Assembly: GCA_028023455.1 (NCBI GenBank)
Contig: JAQFVV010000009.1
Location: 10,230,001-10,294,000, forward strand
Reading direction: 5' to 3'
Source of the DNA: Epiperipatus broadwayi
Lineage: Eukaryota > Animalia > Onychophora
DNA length: 64,000 nucleotides
Part shown: positions 1-14,076 of the stretch, piece after piece
Position numbering within the stretch: position 1 is the first letter of the stretch
How the letters are laid out: the number at the start of each line of letters is the position of its first letter
Position numbers and translations under genes: made by a program
Notes under the pieces: model-generated
What the model was told of the DNA's origin: nothing
Database searches by the model: none
Seen by the model: only the letters and a program-made list of their open reading frames with translations

Positions 1-1231
1 TAAAGAAGATATTAGAAATTACAGACCTATCAGTCTTTTATCAGTTTTATACAAAATTTTTAACATGATAATCACAATTCGTCTACCGAGAACATTGGAT
101 TTCATCCAATAATAAAAAAACAAGTTGGATTTAAAGGTGGTTTTATTACAGTTGATCATATCCACATATTGAGAGAAGTTATAGAAATGACCAATTAATA
201 TGAGTTTTTATCATTATGCTTTGAATTTCTAGATTATGAAAAGACATTTGATTCTATAAACATTTCTTCAGTGATTAAAGCATTAGATCATCAAGGTATA
301 GACCCAGGATATTGGAATATTCTGAAGAATATTTATAAAAATGCAACAGCAACAATTAGATTACATAATGACATTAGGAAGAGCGTAAGATCAGGTGACC
401 ATATCTCCAAAACTTTTTACAGCAGTACTGCAAGAAGTATTTTGTGCATTAAAATGGGAAGGTAAAGAAATAAAAATAAATGGAGGTTATTTATGTCATT
501 TAGATTTTGCAGTTGGTGCAGTTGTTTTTTTTTTTTCAAATTATGTTTTAGAACTTCAGGAAATATTGCAAGAGTTATCAGATGAAAGTAAGAAAGTAGA
601 ACTAAAGGTAAATATTAAAAAGATTAAAATAATGTTTAATGGATTTTTTCCAAAGAATGAAAATAAAGATTGATTATGATGAGTTAGAAGAACATAATAA
701 CTACAAATACCTTGATCAGAATATTACTGCAGATGGAAAAATGGATGAAATTAATCATAGGTGTTCTTGGTAGAAATAATTTAATATTAAAATGAAATAT
801 GTCTATGTGTTTGAAAAGAAAGATTTTTAATAAATGTGTTTTATCAGTTCTTACTTATGAATCTGAGACTTGGACACTTAATAGAAGAACAATACAGAAA
901 CTTCAGACCATTCAAAAGATTGTGGAGAGAAGAGATTGAAAATGCAATACATAGATAAGAGAACAAACATGTGTTACTGACATTATTGAAAGAATTAAAA
1001 GTCCGAAGTGGATTGGACTGGACATATTGCTAGAAGAGATGATAGTAGATGGACAATTGAAATCTTAAACTGCATTCTAAGAGATTGTAAAATATCCAGA
1101 AAGAGACCACATGTGATATGGATGGATTAAATAAAAAATTATGCAGGAGGGATGTGGAGAAGAGAGGCTAGAGATTAGAGGAGATAGATTGAACTTGGAG
1201 AGATCATCCTATGGTGGATTGATAATGGTTG

Positions 1232-1233
<2 letters not shown>
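1..1233 (+). mobile_element. RTE-clade non-LTR retrotransposon, RT and 3' end, pseudogenised (runs off the window start)
   Basis: Translation across stops/frameshifts gives KEDIRNYRPISLLSVLYKIF, LDYEKTFDSI, GDxISPKLF, NKCVLSVLTYESETW and GHIARRDDSRW. The 3' end TTGATAATGGTTGAT runs into (AT)n. Clearly homologous to 63117-64000. Confidence 0.9.
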
Positions 1234-1265
<32 letters not shown>

Positions 1266-1304
1266 GAAATAAACCATGTATTATTTTATTGATGGTTTAT
1301 TTCC

Positions 1305-1335
<31 letters not shown>

Positions 1336-1357
1336 GAAATAAACCATGTATTATTTT
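1234..1357. repeat. (AT)n tracts with a 26-bp direct repeat and an inverted copy between them
   Basis: TTTGGAAATAAACCATGTATTATTTT occurs near 1262 and near 1332; ATGGTTTATTTCCA (reverse complement of its start) lies between them. Confidence 0.85.
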
Positions 1358-1486
1358 GCATTACAATCTGATATTTTGACAGACTAGCAACCATCATTAT
1401 CAAGGTTAACTTTTGAAAGAAAAAATGTTAGATCTCAAACAATAACATGACTCAGTGCCAGATGAGAAATGAGATTCAACTTGAAG

Positions 1487-3075
1487 TAGTTCAGCATTCA
1501 CAATATGAGGCTTATCAAAATGTTTATTTCCCTCAGTTTTTCACCTATTAATTTTAAGTTAATATTAGATAAAATAAGAGGTTTCCACATAACTGGAATA
1601 CATTGTGCTTCATCAGCCATATTTAAATGAGTAGGTTTCTTTAATATTTCAATTGACTCTCTCATAGTTCTTAAATCATATCTTTCCAAATTAGCAAGTA
1701 TTTTTGTATTGTCAAAATCAGGTTTGTGACCAATTTCTCAAAAATGGGAAGTAAAAACTGATGTGCTAATTTTTTGATTAAAAGCATTTCTATGTTTCTT
1801 AATTCTGACATTTATTCATCTATTAGACTGACTCACATAGCTTCTTGAGCACTGCAAACATGGAATTTTGTAAACTCCTTGGTGTTCCAAAAATATTCTG
1901 TCTTTAGATTTACATAAAAAATCACCAATTTTTTTGCCAGTAGAAAAAGTAGTCTTTATATTAAAACAAGATAGTCTTCTACTGATTTTATTAGTAACCC
2001 CTTTAATATAAAGTAAAATTACTCTACTAAAAGAGGAATTGTCAATTCTATCCTTTTTTTTCTTTTTAGTATTAATATTATGTAAAACCTTACATATGAT
2101 GTTTTTATTACAATTATTAGAAAGTAGAATATTTTTGTAAGTTCTATTTCTTGAGTAAGATGTTCTTTATCAGATAAATTATAAGCTTTAGTCAAAAGAT
2201 TTTTTGCTACAGAAAAAAATTGTGCAGGATGTTGATGAGAATTAAACAGATCGCTTTCTTTTCTAGATGTTTTAATTGCAAGAAAATGTGATCAAACATT
2301 ATCATTACCATTTTACAGAAAATCCACCCATACAAACAGATATCTTAATTTTAATTCTCATCATCATCCTGCACAAATTTTTTCTGTAGCAAAAAATCTT
2401 TTGACTAGAGCTTATAATTTATCTGATAAAGAACAACTTACTCAAGAAATAGAATTTACAAAAAATATTCTCTTTTCTAATAATTATAATAAAAACATCA
2501 TATGTAAGGCTTTACATAACATTAATACTAAAAAGAAAAAAGAGGATAGAATTGACAATTCCTCTTCTAATAGAGTAATTTTACCTTATATTAAAGGGGT
2601 TACTGATAAAATCAGTAGAAGACTATCTTGTTTTAATATAAAGACTACTTTTTCTACTGGCAAAAAAATTGGTGATTTTTTTATATAAACCTAAAGACAG
2701 AATATTTTTGGAACACCAAGGAGTTTATGAAATTCCATGTTTGCAGTGCTCAAGAAGCTATGTGGGTCAGTCTAATAGATGAATAAATGTCAGAATTAAG
2801 AAACATAGAAATGCTTTTAATAAAAAAAATAACACATCAGTTTTTACTTCCCATTTTTTAGAAATTGGTCACAAATCAGATTTTGACAATACAAAAATAT
2901 TTGCTAATTTGGAAAGATATGATTTAAGAACCATGAGAGAGTCAATTGAAATATTAAAGAGACCTATTGGTTTAAATAGGGCTGATGAATATCTAATATT
3001 AACTTAAAATTAATAGGTAAAAAAATTGAGGGAAATAAACATTTTGATAAGCCTTATATTGTGAATGCTGAACTA
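1487..3075. mobile_element. Penelope-like element (PLE) 3' portion in head-to-head inverted arrangement
   Basis: Arms 1487-2246 and 2350-3075 are reverse complements (about 90% by eye) around a 103-bp spacer. The plus strand encodes a PLE RT thumb and GIY-YIG endonuclease. Confidence 0.9.
2257..3000 (+). pseudogene. PLE RT C-terminus plus GIY-YIG endonuclease (frameshifted)
   Basis: LSFLDVLI...FYRKSTHTNRYLNFNSHHHP, ILPYIKGVTDKISRRL, then GVYEIPCLQCSRSYVGQSNR (2720-2767) and RESIEI. Includes ORF 2401..2688; ORF 1498..1689 is the mirror copy. Confidence 0.88.
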
Positions 3076-6000
3076 TACTCTTTAATATTTACACTAAAGT
3101 GTAAAGAAGTTTTAATTTGAAAGACATTTTATCAATATATATTACCATAATCATTTATTTAAAAACTATTTGTACTCAAATGCATATATAATACACATGC
3201 ATAATTTTATTTAGTACTGTATCTTATTTAAATGCAACATCAATATTTATTTTGAATATCATCTGTATTAATAATACATTATTGAAGAAATCATTACAGT
3301 TGTTATTAAGATAATCAAAAATCATTATGTATGGGATGTCTGCTTATAATTCCTTAAGATGCATACTATGTGTAGTCCGTATTGAGCAAGTGAAACAATC
3401 ACCTCAAAGATATGACCTGCCTCAACTCACGAGTGTTGTCTGCTCTTTTGTGAAAAGGAATGGCAAGCCATAGCAAACTTCTGCTGCTGATTAAGTATTA
3501 TTTCTTCATTATAATATCTTATTGTTTAGTTACTTCAACTAATCTTTTGCAAGATCATATATATATAAATATTTAATGATATACACTTATAATGCTAAAT
3601 ACACATAACGTTCAAAACCTCTTTTGAAGTGGCTATGCCATTTCAAAAATTGAATTTCTTCCTAACCATAATGTAGAAAGCAATTAGAAGCAACCATTTT
3701 TTTATTGCACATATTCATAGTAGCAATCATTTCAAGTGAATAGTCTTAAACATTAGACACACACGCGCGCACATACACGCATATATATGTTATGCCTCTG
3801 AAATTTTGTGAGATAACAGGATTCAAAAATATGTTTGGAAGTTATTTTATTTCATAAACTATAACTTAAGATGCAGCTGATATTGAGTTAATCAGCTTAA
3901 ATATTTTATATATAGAATAATATTAAGTTATCATCATCCTTAGCAAACACTCATAATTGAATATGATCATTTTAGCTACAGGAAAAAAAAATTAAATTTT
4001 CATTAACTATTCATACCAGTCATTTGACAACTTCTGATGTTCTTTTTTAACTTCTGCATCTAACTTTTCTTTCTGAAAGATTTCAACGCCTTATCTCAGT
4101 TGTAACTTTCCATTGTGTTTTATTCGCAAGCATGTCGTCATAATGAAAGAAATTACAATCACACCCTTTTAGAATATCTTTGATATAATTTTACTAACAA
4201 ATGAAATTTGTCTTCTCCACCTAAACCATCTTCAAGTTCACATTAAAATACTTTATAATTTAAAGAAAATTTATTATTTATTCACGTCATATGTCCAGTT
4301 CATTAAAGATGCGTCAAAGTATATTCATAATATATAGCAAAGTCGAAAATATGCTATTAATCTTGATTTTGCTCTCATATTTTCAGAAGATGTATCTATA
4401 TGTCTGTATAAGAAAATAATGACAAAGCTTAGGTATAATGCTTGTGATGCATAACATCATATTGATGATGAAGGCTGCATTATAATATAGTCATGGTTTA
4501 TGATTAGCATATCACTTATTTAATTAATTCAGATTATACTGTGTGACATCTTCCAGCTAAAAAAAAACCCAGACACTGTTTACTGACTATTATCGAATGG
4601 CTGAATTAAATATGGCTAGCTCTCTAAAAACAAATTGTTAAGGCAAGAGAATGCCATGAAGTTATCACATGTACATATACATGCAAATATTTTCTTGTGA
4701 TGTGTAAATATGTACATTAATCATAGTTATTTATCATTAAACCAGATATTCTGGAATCATATGATAGAAAACAACATCGCGACTGCAATACTTCCTTTTA
4801 ATTATTGAATTTTTATTCTTTGTTCACTTGGCATAGATTTAAAAAAAAACGTTAGCTATTTATAACCCTTACTGAACTAAACTATGTGCAACATTCATAG
4901 CCACCTATCTATAAATGATAATAGCTATATAAAGGATATCTAGTTCAATTACTTAATTTATTTCCTATTTTCAGGACCTATTTACAATTGAAAAATGTTA
5001 ATTTATGTTTCTAGTAGAAAGCAAGAAATCACTTGTTTCAGCTGCTGAAGGATTTTATAATTTTTGACATTGAAAATCCGTGATCTGAAATTAAGTAGTT
5101 CTATTAATTCAAGTCAGATACTTAAATCCGTTTTTAAATGTTTTACAAGTTGGAAAGTAGAATTTTGTAGTTATCAAATTAACATTTCCTAGAGTTGAAG
5201 GAGTTTAAAATTGATTGGGTTACATAAAATACCAACCATTCTTTAAATCGTCATCTCAAAGCATTGAAAATATAGAAATTAATGTATTGAATATTTTTTA
5301 TTTATGTAATAAACAAAATAAATTTAGAATTGAATATAGAAAAAAAGTTTAGTTTTAAAAATTCTTTTTTTAATTCAATATCCGATGTATGAAATGTTTC
5401 ATCAGATCCTTAATGACATTTTTGCTATAAACAGTCAATATTTTATGAAGTTTTTGAAACAGTTTACTATTGCCTTGGATAAATTGCTGCATTCTTTTAT
5501 TTGTATACTTTTTAAAAATCTGTTAATTTAATGCTTTCTATATGTTGTAGTTAGACTTCTAAATACTTTCTCAATGCGTAGTTAATATGTGTGTAGTTAG
5601 TATGTGTGTGCGCATGCTTATTGAATCTCTTCACCTTCTTTGTATTCTAAAATAATCTATATTGTTTTGAAACCAATGTTAGGAAATGAATTAATATTTT
5701 GAAAAGTCTGTTTTTTTTAAAATTATCATTAATCATTAGAAAAAAGTTAGCTTCTATATCATCTAAGATCATCTCTGAGTACTTTCTTCTCCTTTACTAT
5801 ATTCATAATATTTTATTTCTTAAATTCGTCTATCAATTTCTATATTCTTTTTTTCTTTCAGCTTTCATAATATTTTCTAACTATTATTTATAAAATCAAT
5901 TCAATCTTTTTTTAAAATTTTATGTTTTCTGCTTAACAATTTTTCAAATCTGAATGAGCATTGTTTAATGCCAGAATATTGTGAAAAGTTAAATAGCAGT

Positions 6001-9000
6001 GCATTCAAAAATTATAAAATTTGCATATTACAGAATTAATATATAGCCAATAATTATTGTATTATATACTTAGTATTCATTTTAACTAAATGATTTTCAG
6101 ATTGATGATATTGCAGAGTATTTGATGGCACTGCTATTAATTTTAGCTTTTCCCCAATTTCTTGTCACTAACTATACTTCTGTTTTGTTAGTTATGTATT
6201 CATTTGATGACAGAAACTGGAACTAAAGTAAATAATGATTTAATCTGAAGATGTCAGTATTTTATAGAGAAAGTATTATAAGTAAGACAACAGTGCTCAT
6301 TAATTGATAGATTCTGTGATATCAAGCTTTGAAAACAATTGGAGACTACTTATGAACTCCTATTGTTAGCAATGAGCAAAAAAATTGTATATCCTCTGTA
6401 ATTTACTTATATATTTATAATTGTTTTTACAAAACAGTGGTATAGTAAGTATTAAAAAATAAATATTTTCATGATTACATTTAAGTTTTTTTCCAATTAT
6501 TTTTTAAAGTACATGGTAAAAATTCATAGTAATAGTTAAAATAAAACCATGACTAATATTATCTTGTCAAATATACCAGTACAGAACTTTTGTTATGTTT
6601 TAATCATCATAAATGTAATTTTAAATATTAGAACAGAATTTTATACCTTTATTTTGACTTAACAATAATTCAATCAGGTTTTAGAAATGAAGTTAAATTA
6701 ATTAAGATTTCATTAGTTTATTTATTTTTAACCAAATTTGTAATAATCAACCAATAAGTTGTTTTCATTACATATATCACTTTATCATTTTTTTAATATA
6801 TTTGTAAAGTTCAAATATGATTTTTTAGAAAGTTTTTCACTTTTAAATTTATATTTTTAATATATTATCACTAGGAAATGATACCAAAAACTTAAAATGT
6901 GGAAAGGTTAATTTTGAAAGGATGAAAAATTATATTGATGATAATCAAATATTATTACTTAATCAAACTATTGTCTAGTTACCTTTAACTGCCTTTCAGT
7001 AAAGAGTTTAACTTAATAAGTATAATGAAAAAAATTTGGCAACTGACAAGAACTTAGTATGATTTTATTTTTTCTTTGGAAATTCTATTTAAAAACTAAA
7101 TTGTATATGTGCATGTATGAATTATAGGTTTATAATAAGTGTACTACAATAGTGATTTGAGATTGTGATAAACTCTTAACCTTGCATGCTTTTGATAGTT
7201 TATCTCTAAATATAGTTTAATTATCTTATTGTACATTATTTTGTATTATCTTAAAGAATTTCATACTCCATTATTAAAAATAGAAATCTAGAAAGTTTTT
7301 TTTTCATTTTCATTTTTATATAGTATGAATGGACTAGGATACATTTTACTTCCAAGAATAAGATTAGATCAAAAGATAATTGTTTAGAAGTGGGATGAAA
7401 ATTATATTTTTAAAATTTTAATTAGAAAAATGATTCATATTATTTTTTAGTCAATTGATAGGATTTCACATTAAATTTCCTGATTCCTGTAGAAAATTCT
7501 TGAATTTTGTGTCATTTAACTAAGTACTAAAGAAATGGAGTAGGAGTTATTTATCATCTTATTTTAATTAATTGTTTAGCTACTTGTACTTCAGTACCAT
7601 GACATCTGAAGCAATTAAACACATGAGTATTATATTTTCATCTGTGCATTTTGCCACAATGCTAGATTGTCTGGTTCAAGATCTGAAAGCTCCTGAACCA
7701 AAACTCAACCTACCACTTCTGAAAATCACATGACCTTCCAAGTGACCAATATTTTGATTATTTTTATCCAAATTTAACATTAATATATTACTTTAAAAAA
7801 CAAACAAAAATTCACAAAGAGAATTATTCATAACAATTGCCTTTTCTATTGGAGCTAATCATGATTGTCATGATTGTTAATATATATATATATTGTGGAT
7901 GTGTGCGAATAATACTATATATATTGTGGATGTGTGCGAATAATACTAATTAATCAAATCTAAATCTAAGTTTTATTAAAACTGAAAAGTTTGTAAAATT
8001 GAGTCATATCATCTTTATGTAAAAAATCCAAAAAAAAGAAAAATGACTTATTGATTATCATTATTAAAAAAATGATACTTGAGAAATGAAGTCTTCTTAT
8101 ATTAGATTTGCTAAAGCAAGAGCAGATTTAGATTATACTTTCATCAATCAGGGATTACAAAATGATAGGGCATGTAAATATTACCCCCAAATTTCAATTT
8201 TCGAATTATCAGTGAAATTTGAGAGTCAAAGCTGGAAATAATAAAGTTATTCAGTGATCCTTAATTCTTTTTTACCATTCAAGTTAGAAATATTAATAAT
8301 AACAAATCACTTAACTTTTATAATATATAATATATGATATAACAAGAGCAACCTCTCATTCTAGTATAATCTACAGTAAGGTTCAGTATTCAGTGATTAA
8401 TTTTAAAAAAATTGAGAGAACTAAAATATATAATTACTGGCTTTGAGACAGATTTATAAATCTGTAGATCCCTTATAAAATTTAGTTTACCTTGTGAATA
8501 AGTTATATTTATTTATTACAAGAAAAATATACTAAAGTCAGTATAAAAATGAGATTTATTTATTTATTTAAAAAAATACAATAAGATGGGAGGGAGGGAA
8601 TAGTTAACTTCAAATTTATTTAGGAGTAGACAATAAAGTTAATAAAGTTTAAGATCAATTGGTCTTAGTTGTTCATATAAAAATTTTTTGTCTACAATGT
8701 TTTGTTTATGTAATTGTGATAATAACATTCAAAATTTATTTATTAAAAGTTATATTTTTCCAAGCATTGATTTTTAATTCCAATCTCTACATACTTATAT
8801 CTTTTCTTCATATAAAAAATTAAAAAAATGATTATTTGTTAGTTTGTAACTCAGGAGTTAATAATTTAATTTCAAAGAGTTTTAATTTTATATGCAAGGC
8901 TATTTCAATTCGAGAAATTCAAGGACTGCATTAAAAAAGATATTTATCTGAGGGCTGCATTTAAAGTAATAAATACAGTACATATATTAAATTATTGGAG

Positions 9001-12000
9001 AGCCCAACCATTAGTTACAGAAGAACTATAACTGAATAGAAACTAATTGTGCATTAATCTTTCATATCATTGTGATTATTCTCAACATGTATGCTGTATT
9101 AAAATAGTGTAAGGCTACTTCTTTGACATACGTTTAAAAAACATATGGAAATGCAGTTATGTAATGCCAGATAATAATATCGATATCCAGATTATCATTC
9201 AGTGATAGAATTAAAATACCTAATAAGCATTCTATTAAAACTATAATTTAATTTTTGCTTAAAAAAATAAAAACTACTAGGCAGGCTGCATGTGTCTTAT
9301 GGTTTCAATACCTCTAATGTGTAGCACAATTTCCAAGGAAGCTATAGGCTTTTTAACTTCTTTATTTTATCAATAGGGGCATTCATAGGATCAAAATACA
9401 CATTCAAAGGGCAAATGATGTAATAAAAATTTGATCTGCTTGTATGAGATCAGGTACATTGATCTGTAAAACAATAAAGTATTTTGAATTTATAATGTTA
9501 TCTTTGTAAATATTATTCCATCTGATTGGCTGTCACGTAAGCATGTTTAAAGCGTATCTGTTTGAAGGTGTTTAGCTTTCACGTTATTATTATAATGTTA
9601 TCTTTGATAAATTTTGTTATTATAAATGGTCTTTTTTGTAACTGTATAGAAGGACTTTCCTTGAACTCATGCTTGTTGCTTTAGGAATTGGGCAAGCTAT
9701 AACTACAATTAAATATTGCTATATTTATATGATGGAGTTAGATTTATGTTAACCACAATCTTTTATTCAGCAATGAATTAATAACAAAATCAATTACAAG
9801 TTAAATAAAATCTCTCACTAATAGTGCAATGACTTTTAAACAAGATGTTTCATTTTTTGAGCAAAGAAGTCAAAATTTGATTACAGTCCATAGATATATG
9901 AAAATTAAGATTTTTCTATATATGTGAACATAGTTTTACAAATATCAGCACTTTTGGAAAGAATTGATGATTTGGATGAAGTCTTGTTCTATATAGAAAG
10001 TTTGCATTTTATTAGTTTGGGTGGTTTTAATTCCATTTATCTATATCATGTACTTTATTAATATCATCTTTAGTTTTCAATTCATTTTGTTTTTGTGCAA
10101 GATTTTTTAATTAGATGAAATAATACAACAGTATCTTAGTTCATCAAGATATGTTGGCAGAAATATAATCTATAAATGATAATGGAATAATTTTGAATCA
10201 TTCTCTTGTAATGTCAGTAGTAAAAATATATATTTTCTTTTGCATACATGTGTAATGACTTTTCATTGACTTATATTTTATCATTTTAATTGCTGAACTG
10301 CTTTGATTTGTTTAATATTACATAGCAAATATCAGGTATTAGCTCAAATCAATGAGCTCAGCAGAATCAGGCACTAGTTTTAAAAAAAAATTCTTTGTCA
10401 TAAGATAGTGTGTGTATGTGTTATGTTATGTTCACAAATTAATGGATTGACAATTACTGTACTATAAATATCTTAGCAGATTATTTAACCACCCTATTCT
10501 TACTAATATATAAAACTTCTTTTGATAACAATTCAATATTCTCTTAAGAATAAACATACTATATATAACAGAACACTACTTTTAATGATAAGTTTTGATT
10601 TCTGAACTATATTACACATTTTTTGTATTTTTTTTAGATATATAACATAATTCTGAAAACAAGATCTAGAAATTGTTGTATGTATTGGTTTTTTTTATCA
10701 AATTAATGGTATATGAATTTTTTATTATTAAAAAATAAACAAAAGGAATGTATAAAAGACTAGATAGATGTCTTGCCTATATCTATATACTAAATTCATT
10801 ATTGTACAACTTCTCATATTGGTCAATTAATAAAAAAATAACCGAAAACTAATAATTATTTTTTTAATTTCCCAACTTATAACTCGTATTTCTTCATTTT
10901 TGGCTATTTAATAGGATATAAGCCCTTTTCTTTGTATGTGTGGAACAAATTGAGAGTTATATTTGTGTATGCACACACAACTTTGGGTTAATTATATTTG
11001 TAAATCTCTAATTATTATATAAAAAGTACAACGGAAACAAAAATATTAATTTTATTTTTTCTTTATCCTATAGTCTTGTAAAAATCATTTATTTAAAGAA
11101 AATGCTTAATTTTTTTTTTCCAATTAAATATCCCCCCCCCCCCCCGCTTGAGATACAATAAAAGATCAAACTTCAAATCTTGCATACATTATTAGCTGAA
11201 GCATCAAAGATTATAATTAATTAATATCATTAATCTTTTAGAAAGAAAATACATTTTTGCTTTTTTATGATAAAAATATATATATCACAAATTTGATTTA
11301 AATTAAAACAGTTTTTATTTTTGAAGTGTTAATTTATTTTTTAAAAATGAAATAAATTCTAATCTCATGGATAAAAGGATTTGCCTTTAAAAATTATCAT
11401 ATGTGGATTTGATATCTTTTTCAAAAGCAAACTTTATTGAAAGAAAGATTATACAAATAGCTGACAAATGCATAATTGAGTCATGAACTTCTTTAGAACC
11501 CTTATTAAGAAAGAATGATTACTAATAGAATTTCCCTATCTTGATGTGGAATTTGTTTTAAAAGGAAAATATATCAGTCTCTCATACTTGAAATAAAATT
11601 AAAAGTCATATATTTCAAGAACACATATATTAAAATATACTGGTAGTAAATAAAATTAGTAAAAACATAAAGACATTTTCAATGGAATATTTAAAAGGAT
11701 AAAAACTGCTAAAGTACTTTTTCATTAAAGGATTATTCTAGGGATAATTTCTTACATTTAAAGTCTTTCATTCTTATGAACACTTTTAAGAAAATGACGG
11801 TAATTAAAGAAGCATCCCAAAAGTAGTAATACAATTTTTAAGCAAAAAGTAAAGTTTTAAATATTATTTATATAATTCTGTAATTTTACATATATTTATA
11901 TTTGCATTTGCATTATTACAGAAAATATCTTGCAATGCACCAAGGAAAAATAATATTGGTATTTTCTTTATAAAGAAAGAGTGAGACGAAAGCAAAGCTG

Positions 12001-12299
12001 AATGTTGGAATAGACATGTGTGTATTAACTAATTTCTCCTTAAACTAATAATTTATATGTGTGTCAAGCTATAAATTTTTTTGCTTTACTTTTTTATATC
12101 AACAGGGAAATAAAATATTTTTTATTAGCTTATTATTGACAGTAGTTTTTGTTAGAAAAGCTTCATTCCTGGAAATTACAGTTATGGAATTTTTTTCACC
12201 ACCTGTATATTACTTGTTATTTTTCTCAATTAATTGAATCAATTGTATATTAAAAATATTTTGCATTTGAAAATAGATTTATGCTCTATGTCTCTCTTA

Positions 12300-13060
12300 T
12301 TACTATATCCTTGTGTTATAAAATTGTTTTCTGAACTTTATCCAAACAATTAATATGGCATCCAAATTGTATTTCTTCCATAATATTAGCTGATATTGTT
12401 TGCTGATTGAATGAATAAAGTATTGATTCAAACTAGTATCATCATTTTTTATGCTATTTTACTTTTTTGGTGTCTGGGCAGAAGTAACTATTTGTTTTAG
12501 AGTGAAATATTTTTACAAGTAGAATTTAATTGCTCCATATCATTAAGATTTATATTTAAACATTCATATTATTAAATGTTTCTATTCCATCGATTAAGGA
12601 AAACTTGAGTTTATAGTTAATAATCTAGGGAAATGTTTACCCTTTCATCCTGGAGGAGTTTACATTATATCCACATGATCAGATACACAAGTGGGCTACC
12701 CTTTTATTTTTTTTTCTTATTGTTATTTTCCACACCCTTTGATGATTTATTGGTTACTGATCCCAAAGAACTTATGCAATCTTTTCATACCATAAATCTT
12801 ACTAATACCTGTTTGGTTACAGGTTTAGTTTAATCATATGATTAGGATAATCCATCATAAAGTTTAAATCAAGAGTATCAATTATATGGAATATTTTAGT
12901 TTTAGTACAGTAATTTATAGGTTAATCACTATACTTGGATAGGGACTTTTGGTGGCTCTGATATTGTAGCATGGATGGTGAAGGAAAATACAATCTCATC
13001 TGATTTTTGATTAAGTGATGATCAGTCCACATAAGTTTATTGATTTCATTAAATTTATAT
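12300..13060 (-). mobile_element. Possible very old LINE relic (end of endonuclease domain)
   Basis: The minus strand reads MWTDHHLI near 13010-13045, like the RTE WTDHRL motif. Little else is recognisable and the boundaries are guesses. Confidence 0.25.
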
Positions 13061-13621
13061 ATACTGAAGAGGGTAAGAAGGCATCATTGAAGAAGGCCTT
13101 TATATATTAATATAATAAAATGTTTGTTGCTAAATTACTTATTTAGCTATTATTCATTTGTTTTTATACAAAGAGGGGAAATCTTATAATTACTTCAATT
13201 TTATGATAATGGTACAATAATGTACATATTTATTATTCAATGCTTTTGTAATTGATTCAATCTTTCATGTTATGTTTTAGGAATGATATTTTATTGCTAT
13301 AAAAATATTTTAGTTTACTGACTGCTGTTGAATATGAAATTTTATGTAGCTTACCCATACATAGATTCATGGAAGAATTAAAAGCCGTTGTAACTGAACT
13401 AATTTCTACTGACATGTTTTTTTGGAAAACCATTAAATTTTATTAGCCAGTTTTATTTCATGATCATACAGAAACATTAAATCAATCATATCATTTAATA
13501 AATGCTAGTGATTAATGTTAATTGCTACAGCAGATTTATCACATTCTAATAATTAATATTATATTAATACTATTGTTATATATAGAGCCCGCAAAACAAG
13601 CTCTTAACAAGCTTTGAGAAT

Positions 13622-13676
13622 ATCCTCAACCCCAGACTGGTTTCTGCATCTAGCATCATCAGTGAGGTGCCAGGAT
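13622..13676 (-). ncRNA. Type I hammerhead ribozyme fold
   Basis: Minus strand: ATCCT GGC ACCTCA CTGATGA TGC TAGAT GCA GAAA CCAG TC / TGGGGT TG AGGAT. Stem I, stem II and core are present; the stem III palindrome is decayed (ACCAGT, versus ACCGGT in the sister copy). Confidence 0.75.
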
Positions 13677-14021
13677 ATTCATTAGATTTAAAATACTAGG
13701 ACAAGTCCAGCACTTTATCTAATGTATAACTATTGAGAAGAAAATCTGAAATTTTCAGACATTCATATGTCTAAAAATCCAGCTATCTAACTCAAATAGC
13801 CATATGGGACTGAAATAAGTTCAGATACACCATATATTAGTAGCTTTAGCAATATAAAATCACCAAAGCCTTAATAGCAAAAAATAAAATAATAAAAAAA
13901 TATCAAGTCAGATGTCACATGACCTAATTTTAATAAAGCTCATATTTACAAATGTTATATATGGATGTCTGAAAATTTCAGATTTTCTTATCAATAGTTA
14001 GTGCTGGGCTTATCCTAGTAT

Positions 14022-14076
14022 TTCCTGGTACCTCTCTAACAACGCTAGATGCAGAAACCGGTCTGGGGTTGAGGAT
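14022..14076 (+). ncRNA. Decayed hammerhead copy (core CTAACAA)
   Basis: CCTCT CTAACAA CGC TAGAT GCA GAAA CCGG TC TGGGG: two G>A changes in CTGACGA, with the ACCGGT palindrome intact. Confidence 0.65.
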
